Notes: generated by a model not told the origin, from the sequence alone. DNA of 64,000 nucleotides from Corallochytrium limacisporum Hawaii (GCA_002811645.1 PDIP01000022.1:27375-91374); one strand, 5' to 3'; positions 44,147-55,013 are shown, counted from the first letter of the stretch. Numbers and translations are program-made.

Positions 44147-46891
44147 ATGGAGGTCTTTACCTCCCGGGAGGAGATTTCTGATGATACAGAAGTACATGTG
44201 AGGCAACTAGGATCGCCACATTCTGCACCACCACGGGCTGTAATTTCTAGCTATAGATATGAATATGAAGAGCAGGTTACAGAAAAGCTGCAGGCGGCTG
44301 CGGATGAGGAAACTGTTCTTGAGACCCTCAACGACCTTCGCAGTTCGTTGAGCCCTTCGCTCGTCCACTATATCTGCACAGACGTTTTTAGGATATGGGG
44401 TCGCTCCATAGGTATTGATCTCGTTGACAGTTGTGTTAACTTATTACACAGGTGCTGTGCGCTAGGTAGTGGACAAGCGCTGGGACTGTTGCGATCGCTG
44501 CTATCTTCCAGGACAAGGGTACCGGATACCCACGTCGCAACACTGCATGCGCTCATGGCTATTATCTGGGCCACTGGTGAATCGTTGCCGAGCCCATCCA
44601 ACACTGCAGATAAGCAAGCGGTACGGATCGGTCAGAAGGTCTTCTCTCATTCCAGTGGTATGTTTGGCGACCTTCGGGCCATGGATCCGCGGACTGCTAG
44701 TGCTGCCACACTGATGAGGACAATCACGGAGCTGCCGTCCCTCGCTGCGTTCCAAATGCAACTGTACAGTACCGAGCCGTCGGAATTAGAGCCCAAAAGA
44801 GGACTGCGACCTATGTCTGCTCGTACTTTTGCACTGTACTGGCACCATGCCGTGCTGGGGTGCATAAAGCTACTTGTCGATCAGGACTATTCGACGACCG
44901 CGGGCTACGTCTTTGGTTCTTTGGTGCAGTCCCTGGGCCTGATAGAGACTGTGGAGCAAATGAGAACATCACAGGGGCTTAGTGTTTTAACTCTGCGCAA
45001 GCTGTCGGCGGAGGTGCGAATGTCTTTCTTGGCTGGCATCGATGTGCGGTACACAGGGGCTTGCATTCAAACGCTGCTGGCAGCGGACCACAATGTCAAA
45101 GCGGCATTGCGAAACCATGTCTTCACGGGACTGTTAAGTGCACAGACGTCGCCAAGTAAGACTCTCCTGAACACGATACGACGCACCATTGTCGGAGATC
45201 TGATTGTCCGCAGACCATTACCTGTCACCATGACCCTGTACTGCGTCGCAGTACTGCGCAGTGTCAGCCATGACGAACAATTCTGTGCTTCCGTGGATCA
45301 GATTATGGATGCATGCAGTAATCCACAGTTCCTGGAACGTGGTGACGACGAGATGCATCGTAGCATGACTCTGGCACTGCTTGGCTGCCTTCAACTGTGG
45401 ATCGGACCAGCTGACCTTTTGGCCCGCAACTTGATAACAGCAGTCAGTAATCATTTAAACTGTGGACTGGACATGTTTCGACTAAGGGGTATGCTCGTCG
45501 CCAAGGAATATGCTGCCCGCTTCAGTGTGGGTGCCAACCTGGACTTTGACATTCCTTTTAACACACATCCGGATCTGCAACTGCTCTTAGATCAGGCCAC
45601 AAACTTACAGTCAAGGTCCGACGCTGAAGGTGGAAGCGATGAGTCACAAATATTAACTGTTCCTCGCCATCCGGGTGATATCGGCCATTCCCAGTCTTGT
45701 GCGCCGCGTGAAAGAGTTCTTGCCGATGACGAGGATGACGAGGATGACGATGATACCGATGACCTACCAGGCTTTGATATCTCAGGCGACTATGATCAAA
45801 ATGTAGAAGTTAACAGGACCAATGCGGATGGTACTCGGAGAAAGAAACCGACACATCTGCGGGCTTGCATAAAGAATCTGACGCAGACCGAGGAACCAGA
45901 ACTAATCGATGAGGCATTAGATATAGTCCTCCAGATTCTAAATAGAACGACGATTGAGCAGCGTCGAGGGCAGGATCAAGGCAAGCGAAAGGATTTACCA
46001 GGTGATGAACAACTCCGTAGTCTAGTTCCTCGGCTAACACGTGCGGTTATGCATGCTCCTGGTCACTACGAATACTTTGTGAACTTTGAGGCACGCAGGA
46101 TGGATGCCTTGGTCACGCTCGGAGCTCTGTATCCGAAAGAATTTGCGTCTTATCTAAGCGTGGAGTTCTACAGGGATGTCCACTCTAGCGGCCTCCGCTT
46201 GCGTCTTCTGCGCACATTGAGTGCCACAGCACAAAGGCTCGCTGAGCTACCCAACGCAGAAGTACAGCAGGCAATGATCACGGAGCTTGATGGAACCGCC
46301 ACCACCACACCGAAAGGTTTGCTAAAGGCCATCTACTCCGATCCGACCAAGACCAAATACAGTTCCACCAAACCGTCGTGGCATCGACAGGCAGAACAGG
46401 AAGCCAAGAATCGAGCCAACAAGGGAAACCAATTGGTTGAGGTTAGTGGATACTTCCTCTATGACCTCCTGCGAGGCTTTGACTCTACCAGTCATGCTAC
46501 TCTCGCCCTGCTCGATCGGGACACACTCGTCTTTACCGAACTAATGCGGACCTGCTCACTGCTCATGCACTTTGTCCGACACACGCACGCCGCTGCCCCC
46601 CTGGCGCGGACATACCTAGACTTTCTGCAAGCTTTGCTTAGCTACAGTCTGGCTCCTGTGATTAAGGGATCGACCACCGTACTCCAGGCTTGGCTGTTTG
46701 GTGTCCTTACTGCTTTGGACAGCGTCTTGCCTGAAATTGCGCTCAAGGACTTCGCAACGCAGCTGCCAGGTTTGCAACGTGAAGCTGTAAACTTTGCTGA
46801 CAATCACAGTGACGCTGAAGTTCAGCATTTGGCCGTGTCTGTGCTGCAGACAATTTCCAAGATCCGCTCCAGCTTGGAACCAAAGCAATAG
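44147..46891 (+). CDS. TELO2: TELO2/Tel2, HEAT-repeat subunit of the TTT PIKK co-chaperone, ~914 aa
   Basis: AVSNHLNC..RLRGMLVAK; DTDDLPGFDISGD..KPTHLRACIKNL; FEARRMDALVTL; EFY..LRLRLLRTLSATAQRL; NQLVEVSGYFLYDLLRGFD; start in GCCATGG context. Confidence 0.88.
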   Translation: MEVFTSREEISDDTEVHVRQLGSPHSAPPRAVISSYRYEYEEQVTEKLQAAADEETVLETLNDLRSSLSPSLVHYICTDVFRIWGRSIGIDLVDSCVNLLHRCCALGSGQALGLLRSLLSSRTRVPDTHVATLHALMAIIWATGESLPSPSNTADKQAVRIGQKVFSHSSGMFGDLRAMDPRTASAATLMRTITELPSLAAFQMQLYSTEPSELEPKRGLRPMSARTFALYWHHAVLGCIKLLVDQDYSTTAGYVFGSLVQSLGLIETVEQMRTSQGLSVLTLRKLSAEVRMSFLAGIDVRYTGACIQTLLAADHNVKAALRNHVFTGLLSAQTSPSKTLLNTIRRTIVGDLIVRRPLPVTMTLYCVAVLRSVSHDEQFCASVDQIMDACSNPQFLERGDDEMHRSMTLALLGCLQLWIGPADLLARNLITAVSNHLNCGLDMFRLRGMLVAKEYAARFSVGANLDFDIPFNTHPDLQLLLDQATNLQSRSDAEGGSDESQILTVPRHPGDIGHSQSCAPRERVLADDEDDEDDDDTDDLPGFDISGDYDQNVEVNRTNADGTRRKKPTHLRACIKNLTQTEEPELIDEALDIVLQILNRTTIEQRRGQDQGKRKDLPGDEQLRSLVPRLTRAVMHAPGHYEYFVNFEARRMDALVTLGALYPKEFASYLSVEFYRDVHSSGLRLRLLRTLSATAQRLAELPNAEVQQAMITELDGTATTTPKGLLKAIYSDPTKTKYSSTKPSWHRQAEQEAKNRANKGNQLVEVSGYFLYDLLRGFDSTSHATLALLDRDTLVFTELMRTCSLLMHFVRHTHAAAPLARTYLDFLQALLSYSLAPVIKGSTTVLQAWLFGVLTALDSVLPEIALKDFATQLPGLQREAVNFADNHSDAEVQHLAVSVLQTISKIRSSLEPKQ

Positions 46892-46929
46892 ACTTCGCAC
46901 CGGGATCTGTTGCTAAACGCCCTACCGGT

Positions 46930-47504
46930 ATGATAGAAAACGTCAAAGTGCGCACTGCTGCTCCACGCGTGCCTTTGCAGTGCGTACTTTGTCTTTCCAG
47001 TCGTTGGCAGATCAACTGCAGCAGCAGCAATACTACACTGGCGAGCAAATAGAACAGCAAGTCAAGGCACCACAAGGAGCACCAGCCGAGTCTAATAGGC
47101 AGCAGGTTCAGGACTTCTTGCATATGCGTAAGGAGGTCATAAACGGTATGTACAAGTACTATGTAAACCTGCTGGACAGTGTCAAGGGTCCACTCTTCCA
47201 GGAGAATCGCAAGGATTTGTACCAACGGATGGAATCGCGAGTTCAAGAACTGAAGCGCATGGATGAGGAAGAACTGACCGTGGCTGAGGTGCCAGCAGGA
47301 CAATTCACCCTTACCACCGAAAAAACATTGCTAAATGCGTACTATCAATGTATCGCAGTGAACGCTTTACTGCAGGGTCAGAAAGTGGAGCTAAAGTTGG
47401 CCAAATCGATCCAGGCTATGGAGTCCATGCAAGCGAAGGGTACAGACACTGTCGATCTTGTCGACGAGAGTTGCTGCGGCCATGTCAATTGCTCCGTCAT
47501 GTGA
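46930..47504 (+). CDS. Uncharacterised CaaX-terminated protein (~173 aa if intron 46948-47000 is spliced; 126 aa from ATG 47124)
   Basis: Open, protein-like frame ending SCCGHVNCSVM-stop; 5' structure ambiguous. Confidence 0.65.
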
Positions 47505-47601
47505 AATTTTGCTGTTTTTGTAATCATATAAAAGATGTGTTCTTTGTACACTTGAAAACCAAAAGTTCCCGTAAAGAAATCCCTCTATGGCCGTACCCGC
47601 T

Positions 47602-48432
47602 TCATGCTGCCTTGGCATGTCCGTTGGTGCCATTGACAGCCTTGGCTTTCTTCTGGTTCATGGTATCCGTGCCGAGCCATGTATCCCACCACGTGAAGGT
47701 GGAGGCATAGTTGCCAAGAGTGTTCTGGTGGTGCCAGTCATGGAACTTGGCTCCGCCGTAGTACGGGATCAGGTGCAGGGGGTTAAAAGGAAGGTCGTAT
47801 CCGCTGTGCACATCGCAAGTCTCTATCAGGCGCAGTCCCACCCACAGCCACATCAGCACGAAATGATCACAGAACACGAGCAAACCCAAGAAGAACCCAG
47901 TTCCCAGCACAATGGTCTCGATAGGATGAGCATACTCTGCCACAATGCCGAACGGTGCGCTAAAGTGATGATGTACCTTGTGTACGTGCTTGTAAAGCTT
48001 GCGGTGATGCATCAAGCGGTGGATGAAGTAGTGCCAGGTGTCCTCGATCACAAAGCAACCCGCCACCTGGTAGGCCAGAACCCACCACTTAGGCATAGAG
48101 TCGTAGCCATAAGGAATACCAAACATTTGAGTGTATGTATAGGTACCAAAGATCAACGGTGTCTGAATGCAAAAGTGGTTGAACATAATCAACTTCATGC
48201 ACTTCCATTGGGCATCGAAGGTTTCGGGCTTGTCCTTTTGAATCTTATACTGTTTCATCACAGGCATAAACTGGAACATAAAGCCTGGAAGACAAACACC
48301 AAAGTAAATCAACTCATGCATAATGATGGACCCGAAAGTGGCGATCTGGAACTCGGTGAAGTTCTCAGTCATCCACCGCCACGAGTTCTCAAACGAGAAC
48401 AGATCAAACTGGTGTGCCATAGCAGTCGCCAT
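47602..48432 (-). CDS. MSMO1: C-4 methylsterol oxidase (sterol desaturase family), ~276 aa
   Basis: His boxes [20 protein letters not shown]; [11 protein letters not shown]; AEYAHPIE; DVHSGYD; [11 protein letters not shown]. Confidence 0.95.
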   Translation of the reverse strand: MATAMAHQFDLFSFENSWRWMTENFTEFQIATFGSIIMHELIYFGVCLPGFMFQFMPVMKQYKIQKDKPETFDAQWKCMKLIMFNHFCIQTPLIFGTYTYTQMFGIPYGYDSMPKWWVLAYQVAGCFVIEDTWHYFIHRLMHHRKLYKHVHKVHHHFSAPFGIVAEYAHPIETIVLGTGFFLGLLVFCDHFVLMWLWVGLRLIETCDVHSGYDLPFNPLHLIPYYGGAKFHDWHHQNTLGNYASTFTWWDTWLGTDTMNQKKAKAVNGTNGHAKAA

Positions 48433-48874
48433 CGTGTCACTTCCCAAAGCTGACGACAATGTTTTTTTTTTGACAGTTATTCAAGTTTACAAAATGTCTT
48501 GCTTGCTGACTATTTAATACCTGCCTTCGCACGTCCGAAGCATGCGTTCCCTTGGAAAACAGGTATCAAGAAGGAAATGGGGGCCAGCTTCCCACACTGT
48601 TTCCAGCCGTTCTGTTCCGTCAGCCTACTCTATTCAGCATGAAACGCCAAGCCATTGACATCATGCGATCAACGAGAAATGCGCGCTCCTAGAAATGGCC
48701 CGCACTTTTATCCTAGGTCTCTTGAGAAACCCTGCACTTGGTCCCATCAAGAGTCGTTTTCAAATCTCCAAGGCGGGAGAAGGACCTCCAGGATCCCCAG
48801 AAGCCACCCAACCCTCACCACACTCTCGTCCCTTTCCCGGGGCTGCTGGTGCAGCTTACACCCTCGACTGATCT

Positions 48875-48897
48875 GCCGCCCCCGCCGCTGATTGGCT
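48875..48897 (-). promoter_or_regulatory. CCAAT box (AGCCAATCAG) plus adjacent GC-box ~450 bp upstream of MSMO1
   Basis: Consensus NF-Y and Sp1-like motifs side by side in the divergent MSMO1/APMAP spacer; function inferred only. Confidence 0.3.
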
Positions 48898-50129
48898 GAG
48901 CCCCGGTCGGAACACTGAGTGAGGGTCGGTCGGTACCGCACAAAACTTTGTTTTTGGGGGGANNNNNNNNNNNNNNNNNNNNNNNNNNNNNNNNNNNNNN
49001 NNNNNNNNNNNNNNNNNNNNNNNNNNNNNNNNNNNNNNNNNNNNNNNNNNNNNNNNNNNNNNNNNNNNNNNNNNNNNNNNNNNNNNNNNNNNNNNNNNNN
49101 NNNNNNNNNNNNNNNNNNNNNNNNNNNNNNNNNNNNNNNNNNNNNNNNNNNNNNNNNNNNNNGGGGGTGAGGGTGGGGAGGGGTCGGGGATGTATACCAG
49201 AAAACAGCCACTGTTTATACTTGCTCCCTTCCTTACCACACTCGTAGCGTGTTGCCGCTGTGCCATGTTCCAGTAAGCACTCCTCAGCGTGCATTACACC
49301 TTGGCAGAGGAAGAATCGGCACACCTGTACTGGGTGGAAAGCCGACCAACTTACCCATAACAGGCAAAATATATAGCATTTTTAAGGAATGAAAATTGTC
49401 AAGAAATCGGCTGTAAAAGGCAATGTCACATGTGCATATGTTGACTATCAAGCTCCGCCGAATCCAGCTGGCAATGACATTTTGTCGCCGCAAAATTTAA
49501 TATACTTATTGGAAGCGGGTTTCAAATAGTTTGCTTCCAATATTTTCTCCAACTCTTAAGGGTATGACATCTCTCAGCTCGAATACAGTCAGTGTTGTGA
49601 TGTGCATTATTTTTGGATCCACTGGGCGGGAGAAGCAATAACACTGGCACACGATCAGTGAGTCTCCCTCCGGAAGTATTTGTATATGGATTTTCCCGAT
49701 AGTCCGTCGTTTGTACGGCCGTTACGCTGCCCTTCTTTGATGAATGCGCAGATGCGCATCAAATTATGATCGGGCAAAATTCACCCTACGTACTCCTTTC
49801 CTGTGCGCATTAAGTTAGGGAGTGTCGGTAGCTGAAATCCGTACACTCACGGGCGGGCTAAGGCAAGAGGAAGTGGACCACATACCTCTTTACAGAGGCC
49901 GATGTTGCACGGCGGATGCTAGAATCGCTGAAAACATGATGGCATGACTGTCCGGGCGACAAAGTGATGCACTCATTGTATGTCACCCCCATTAAATGCA
50001 GAACGGTTTCCTTTTCCGACAGCAGAATTGCAAGAGTGGTATCAGAAGGGGAGACTTAGATCAATGGAATATATGCACAACCATTTATTTTCTGAGTCAA
50101 TACCTTTATGGTGCATTACGACGTTCACG

Positions 50130-51257
50130 ATGAGTTTTGTGGTTGGTTTGTTGTCCGCTGGCGTTCTGGGCCTTGCTGCATTCCTAGCGACTGAGGGTCC
50201 AATCAATGCCCAATTGCGGGGCGGAGATGATGCATTCTTCGTGCCCTTGGACTCCCTGAAGACAGAGGATGTCCTCGCAGCAGCAACCCGATCCTACGAA
50301 GGAAAGATCATCGCTTCTGAAACTGTCGTCGTGGACCCACAAAAGAAGGTTCTCTACGCCCTAGCTGAAGACGGCACAATTTGGACCCTCCCCAATATGG
50401 GCAAAGGCGAAGCTAAGGAACTGTCCTTTGTAGGTGGCCGTCCGCTGGGCGGTGCCCTTGACGTCGATGGGGATTTGGTCATTGCTGAGGCCCAGGCTGG
50501 TCTCATCAAGGTCAGCACCACGGATGGCAGCATAAAGGTCCTTGCCAATCGTGTGGACGGTGAGACGGATTATCCCCGGATTGCCTACGCTGACGACGTA
50601 GACGTTTGTGCGGATGGTATGATCTATCTCAGTGATGCCATCTCGCACATGTTTCCGTCCCGTGGCTACGATGGTCATTTGCATGTGTTTGATACCAGTG
50701 TGATGAATTACCTAGAGGGTAAAGCGACGGGTCGTCTTTTGCAGTACAACCCAAAGACAAAAAAGACCAAGGAGATTGCCACCGGGTTCCATTTTGCGAA
50801 TGGTGTCACCTGTAGCCACGAATGTACCAAGGACAAATGCGACTACGTGCTCATGAATGATACTTTCCGTGGTAAGGCATACAAGATCAATGTGAAGACC
50901 GGGCAGAAGGAAGTCTTTGCTCAGGGCTTTCCGGGATACCTTGACGGAATTTCGCGGGGCTCCAAAAACACATACTGGGTGGCTGTGCCGTCCGTAGTGG
51001 ATCCAACAGCTCAAAGAACGGAAAACTACCCAGCTCTGAGAAATTTCATTGCCAAACTACCCCCACAATTCCGACCACAGGCCAAGGCGATTGGTATTGC
51101 GATTCAATTGGATAAGAATGGCAATATATTACGTGTTCTTACTGACAGGACTGCAAAGAACGTACATATGATTACTGCGGTTACAGAGCTCAATGACGAA
51201 CTCTATTTGGGTTCGTTGAGACTTAACTTCATTGCCAAGTATAACCTCAAGAACTAA
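50130..51257 (+). CDS. Strictosidine-synthase-like / APMAP six-bladed beta-propeller with N-terminal anchor, ~375 aa
   Basis: Hydrophobic N-terminus; GGRPLG; ADDVDV..IYLSDA; GRLLQYNP; GFHFANGV; PGYLDGI; YWVA; LYLGSL; start chosen at ATG 50130 (upstream ATGs exist). Confidence 0.9.
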   Translation: MSFVVGLLSAGVLGLAAFLATEGPINAQLRGGDDAFFVPLDSLKTEDVLAAATRSYEGKIIASETVVVDPQKKVLYALAEDGTIWTLPNMGKGEAKELSFVGGRPLGGALDVDGDLVIAEAQAGLIKVSTTDGSIKVLANRVDGETDYPRIAYADDVDVCADGMIYLSDAISHMFPSRGYDGHLHVFDTSVMNYLEGKATGRLLQYNPKTKKTKEIATGFHFANGVTCSHECTKDKCDYVLMNDTFRGKAYKINVKTGQKEVFAQGFPGYLDGISRGSKNTYWVAVPSVVDPTAQRTENYPALRNFIAKLPPQFRPQAKAIGIAIQLDKNGNILRVLTDRTAKNVHMITAVTELNDELYLGSLRLNFIAKYNLKN

Positions 51258-51355
51258 ATTTGTGAACAGACTCACAAAGCACACAGAATCACCCACACCA
51301 AAAAATTGTATTACATTCTAGAAGACCTTCTTTACTTCAATTTTCCGGCTTATTT

Positions 51356-54300
51356 TTAAAATTCAACCACATTGGCAATTTGATTCAATATACGTTCGTC
51401 AGTGTGGGTGCAATTGAATGTGGAATCCCCTCGATTTCCCACATTCAATGCAACACACCCAGCTGGGACGGGCCTGCTTTCAATTTGTTGTCTATGAATC
51501 GGGCTGCTTTGGACCAGAAGCAACCATAGTCGATCGGAGAAGCCATTGTCTACCAAAAATTGAATAATACGCATCCCATCCACGGACTTTTCCCATGACG
51601 TGTCGATTAGGGCTGGCCACAGTTGATTGAGAATTCTATCACATACATCCTCATCAATCGCAATTACCTCGAGGACATGCAAGAGAGAATTACACAATTG
51701 CTCTGACACGTCCTTGGACAATCCCATGTCTAAGCTAGAGTCCAATAGACGATTGCAAAATGACGTGAGGAATGTATCCAGTGCGTCCGATAAAAACTTC
51801 TGTTTCGTGAATGTCGGTGCCACCTTCACAATGCACTCCATCACTTGAGCAGTATTGCGAACCAATCGTAAGTCAGGGCTACACAGACACACTGCCATCG
51901 ATTGCCAGCTAGTATGAATGAGCGGCAGAAGCAAACCATCACTCTCACTCTCCCCTAGGCAGCCAATAGTTTCACCAATTACGCTGAGAGCAATGATGCG
52001 CAGACTGTAGGAGCGGCTCATGAGCGCGTCTTCGCAGAGGAGTGTGGCATCTACTAGCAACTGCAACAATTTTTTACTTCCCTGCTTCCCATGGCTCGAT
52101 GTTTCCACTTGTCGAGCCAGGTCTTCGGCGGTTAGATCTTGTTGTGTGGTACAAACGCTGATGTCGCCCTCATCATTGGTTGCTGCAAAAGCAACCTTCA
52201 GCAGAGCTGGATCGTCCCTGTGCCATTGACGGATGCTCCTCACAAGGCTACGCAGAGCACGCATAGCACTCACACTCACAAGTGCATCCGGCTGTCGATG
52301 AACACAGTCGCCGATCTGTTCCACCAGGTCTCTGAGGTAGTGCACCGCTGATGGTTTAATGAGCGTGAAGAGTGCTTCCAGTAAGCTATACACGAACGTG
52401 GTATGGCCAGACAAGTGAACAGACTTCAGAACATCACTGACGATGTAGTCAAAGTTATCCTCAATGAGCCCTTTGATAGCCCCATCCGATGAAGAACCGG
52501 TGACCAGCATGGCCAAGTTTTCAAAGTATAGGCGAGCACTGGCAGATACAACAGCCATTTCTGATCCGTAGGCATACAACACAGGGAATAAAGTCTGCAA
52601 CATGTGCCCGGGCAGCATGTCCCTATCTGTTTTCACAGTTGCAGACCTGACGTTTACGTGAAAGTGAGCCAACCGGATGCGTGTAGCATACGTCAGTACT
52701 TCTAATGCCTGCGCCTGGGAAATGGTGCGCATGGCTGCATGATCCGCAAAGGCGGTGACTCCCTGGATCTGGGACAAGACCCATGGAATGCACACTGCAC
52801 TCCACGTGAGCTCAGCCTGGGACTGGGTGATGGAAGCCGCCTTGGGCAGGTTCACTAGAAGACCGCTTAGTACCTCTGCGGTCTCAAATTGTACGACTAA
52901 TCTGGTCTTCGCCAGGGATGCGACCTGTGCTTGCGTGACCACAGTCTGCTCTTCAACAGCGTTTGAGATGCTTTCACCGTCAGGTGTGCTCACAACTGTG
53001 ACCATGTCGGCCACTGTGATGTAGTCCAAGCCATTCAAGCACAATGCGAATGTCATTAGTGAGAAAGTAGACTGCATGCGCCGGTTGTCCAAGTATGCAA
53101 ACGATTTACGCAATGGAAAGTCATCCAAATGAGCTGCCTTATACAATTGATTTGTCACTGCCGAGGAGGTCTGTACGATCGCTCCGTCATCATAGCGTGC
53201 CTCAAGGACGGAAGCAGATGTCAGCATATCATCCATAGGTTCTGCAAGCATGCACAGCAACTTGAAGATTCGCTGATGGGTGACCGAAGGGTCTGTCCAG
53301 TACTGAGATTTGGGATCTATCCGAGAAATGACAAGAAGTGCAAGGGTTGCCGTCAGGAACCATTTCTCAATCACATCCCTCGGTGATGTGCTCAGTGCAA
53401 ACGGCCGGAAGAGACAGTCCAACTGCTCATCTAGAATCCTTCGCAGCATGTCCATGACCGGCATAGATACGTTGCCGCGCATACCCAGCTCATGTACAAA
53501 TTTGTCTATCCGGGTGATCGTCTGCATGACATCATCGCCTTCACACTCTTTAGCAATGAACACCAGGCAGGCAGAAATGCAGCGATCGACGAACTTGGGT
53601 GCTAGAGTGAGCCCGCAGTGATGATAAAGTCGGAGAATCTCGCATTGCAAGCTTGCGCATCCCTCTAGGGACTCCATCGAGTTCTCACATATAGATAGTA
53701 GAGTGGCCACGGATGGTCCAATGTGCGTTTCAGCGGTGGAAAGCCAGGCAAGGTTCATGTCAGGCCTCTGTTCCTTGTCCCGTTGACCTGGGGTCTGTAA
53801 TGGATGCATACTGCCAATGCTTTGTGATTCCGCTTCCCTCGCAATGATCCCTTGCAACTCTTCACTAAGCGTCCTCTTAGCACTTTCCTTGACCCTGTGG
53901 GTCCTGGACCCATTAACTTTCGACCAGTACGAATCATTGAAGCATGGAATAAGCCAGGAACTAAGGCACCGCATGCAGGACACAGCCTCTTTCCAGCTCT
54001 TGCCGTTGTTGGCCTCCATATTGCGCACCAATGATGCCGTTACACCAGGTAGGAATGCCGCCACGTGGCTTGGTCGTTCATCGAGAAGCTTCGAAGGAAT
54101 CTTATTCAGCACATTCAAAGCCACCGTGCGCTCCTTGGGGGTCATGACCATGGACGGCTTGAACTCCTTCGACGACACTGCAGCCTGCAACAGTGCACTG
54201 GTACAATGGCCTACAATGACATGGTCCTCGTCCGTTTCACTCAGCAGCGACACGGTCCCAATTCGTACATTCTGTTGATTTGACCCATAAATTACTTTCA

Positions 54301-54778
54301 TACTGAACAAATGATCCAGAAATTGACAACACTCAGACGACACCTCACCGTATAGTTTCCAAGATTTCTCCAAGCAGAAGGCTATGCTCTGCAGACACTC
54401 CCGCGCCAGCATACTAGGCACAGCATCTCTAAGATCTTCATCATTTTCCCGCAGGCCGGAGAAGTCGGTTAGCGTCTTGAATAACAATGTGTATGTAGAC
54501 CAGAAGTAGATGCAGGCATTGGATGTACATGCTGGATCACCTTTGCGCAGCCAGAGAGTATGTGCTACTCTGATGCCACTAACTGAGGTCAAGACGAACT
54601 GATGTAGATATGGATGACCCAGGCACGTTGATAGCACCTGTTTAATAGTGGAGTGCACTTCCTGAAGCAGATCCTCGATTTCTGTGTCTTTCTTTGAATG
54701 TGGTGTTATGGCATTACGCAAAAGCTCCTGCGCACGAAGTGCCCGCATATACGACAACTGGGACGCCGGGTCACCCAT
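51356..54778 (-). CDS. TTI1: TTI1, HEAT-repeat scaffold of the TTT complex, ~1140 aa
   Basis: AAFLPGVTASL; LFPVLYAYG..VVSASA..GLIEDNFDYIV; LMSRSYSLRIIALSVI..LLPLIHTSWQSM, all matching recalled TTI1 blocks; start uncertain. Confidence 0.82.
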   Translation of the reverse strand: MGDPASQLSYMRALRAQELLRNAITPHSKKDTEIEDLLQEVHSTIKQVLSTCLGHPYLHQFVLTSVSGIRVAHTLWLRKGDPACTSNACIYFWSTYTLLFKTLTDFSGLRENDEDLRDAVPSMLARECLQSIAFCLEKSWKLYGEVSSECCQFLDHLFSMKVIYGSNQQNVRIGTVSLLSETDEDHVIVGHCTSALLQAAVSSKEFKPSMVMTPKERTVALNVLNKIPSKLLDERPSHVAAFLPGVTASLVRNMEANNGKSWKEAVSCMRCLSSWLIPCFNDSYWSKVNGSRTHRVKESAKRTLSEELQGIIAREAESQSIGSMHPLQTPGQRDKEQRPDMNLAWLSTAETHIGPSVATLLSICENSMESLEGCASLQCEILRLYHHCGLTLAPKFVDRCISACLVFIAKECEGDDVMQTITRIDKFVHELGMRGNVSMPVMDMLRRILDEQLDCLFRPFALSTSPRDVIEKWFLTATLALLVISRIDPKSQYWTDPSVTHQRIFKLLCMLAEPMDDMLTSASVLEARYDDGAIVQTSSAVTNQLYKAAHLDDFPLRKSFAYLDNRRMQSTFSLMTFALCLNGLDYITVADMVTVVSTPDGESISNAVEEQTVVTQAQVASLAKTRLVVQFETAEVLSGLLVNLPKAASITQSQAELTWSAVCIPWVLSQIQGVTAFADHAAMRTISQAQALEVLTYATRIRLAHFHVNVRSATVKTDRDMLPGHMLQTLFPVLYAYGSEMAVVSASARLYFENLAMLVTGSSSDGAIKGLIEDNFDYIVSDVLKSVHLSGHTTFVYSLLEALFTLIKPSAVHYLRDLVEQIGDCVHRQPDALVSVSAMRALRSLVRSIRQWHRDDPALLKVAFAATNDEGDISVCTTQQDLTAEDLARQVETSSHGKQGSKKLLQLLVDATLLCEDALMSRSYSLRIIALSVIGETIGCLGESESDGLLLPLIHTSWQSMAVCLCSPDLRLVRNTAQVMECIVKVAPTFTKQKFLSDALDTFLTSFCNRLLDSSLDMGLSKDVSEQLCNSLLHVLEVIAIDEDVCDRILNQLWPALIDTSWEKSVDGMRIIQFLVDNGFSDRLWLLLVQSSPIHRQQIESRPVPAGCVALNVGNRGDSTFNCTHTDERILNQIANVVEF

Positions 54779-55013
54779 GTTGCATTCCAAATATCTGCCA
54801 CATCCTACAAGGTCACTAGTGATCGTTCGTTCGCAGGAATAGAAGTTGAAATCGCCTATGGACCAGACAGATAATCGTACGATTCCTTTAATACATGATA
54901 TTAAACATTTTCGCGGTGAATAACTTCTTGGTGGTCTGGTCCATGTTCCCATCCCTACCTCCGCAGTCAATTTTGCCGGACCTGGGGAAGGGGGAACGGA
55001 TGACTATCCTCGC

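Noticed and set aside
48811-49175. SREBP-like TCACCAC / TCACCCC sites upstream of MSMO1
   Set aside because: Short degenerate matches in G/C-run sequence, one abutting a gap; not distinguishable from chance
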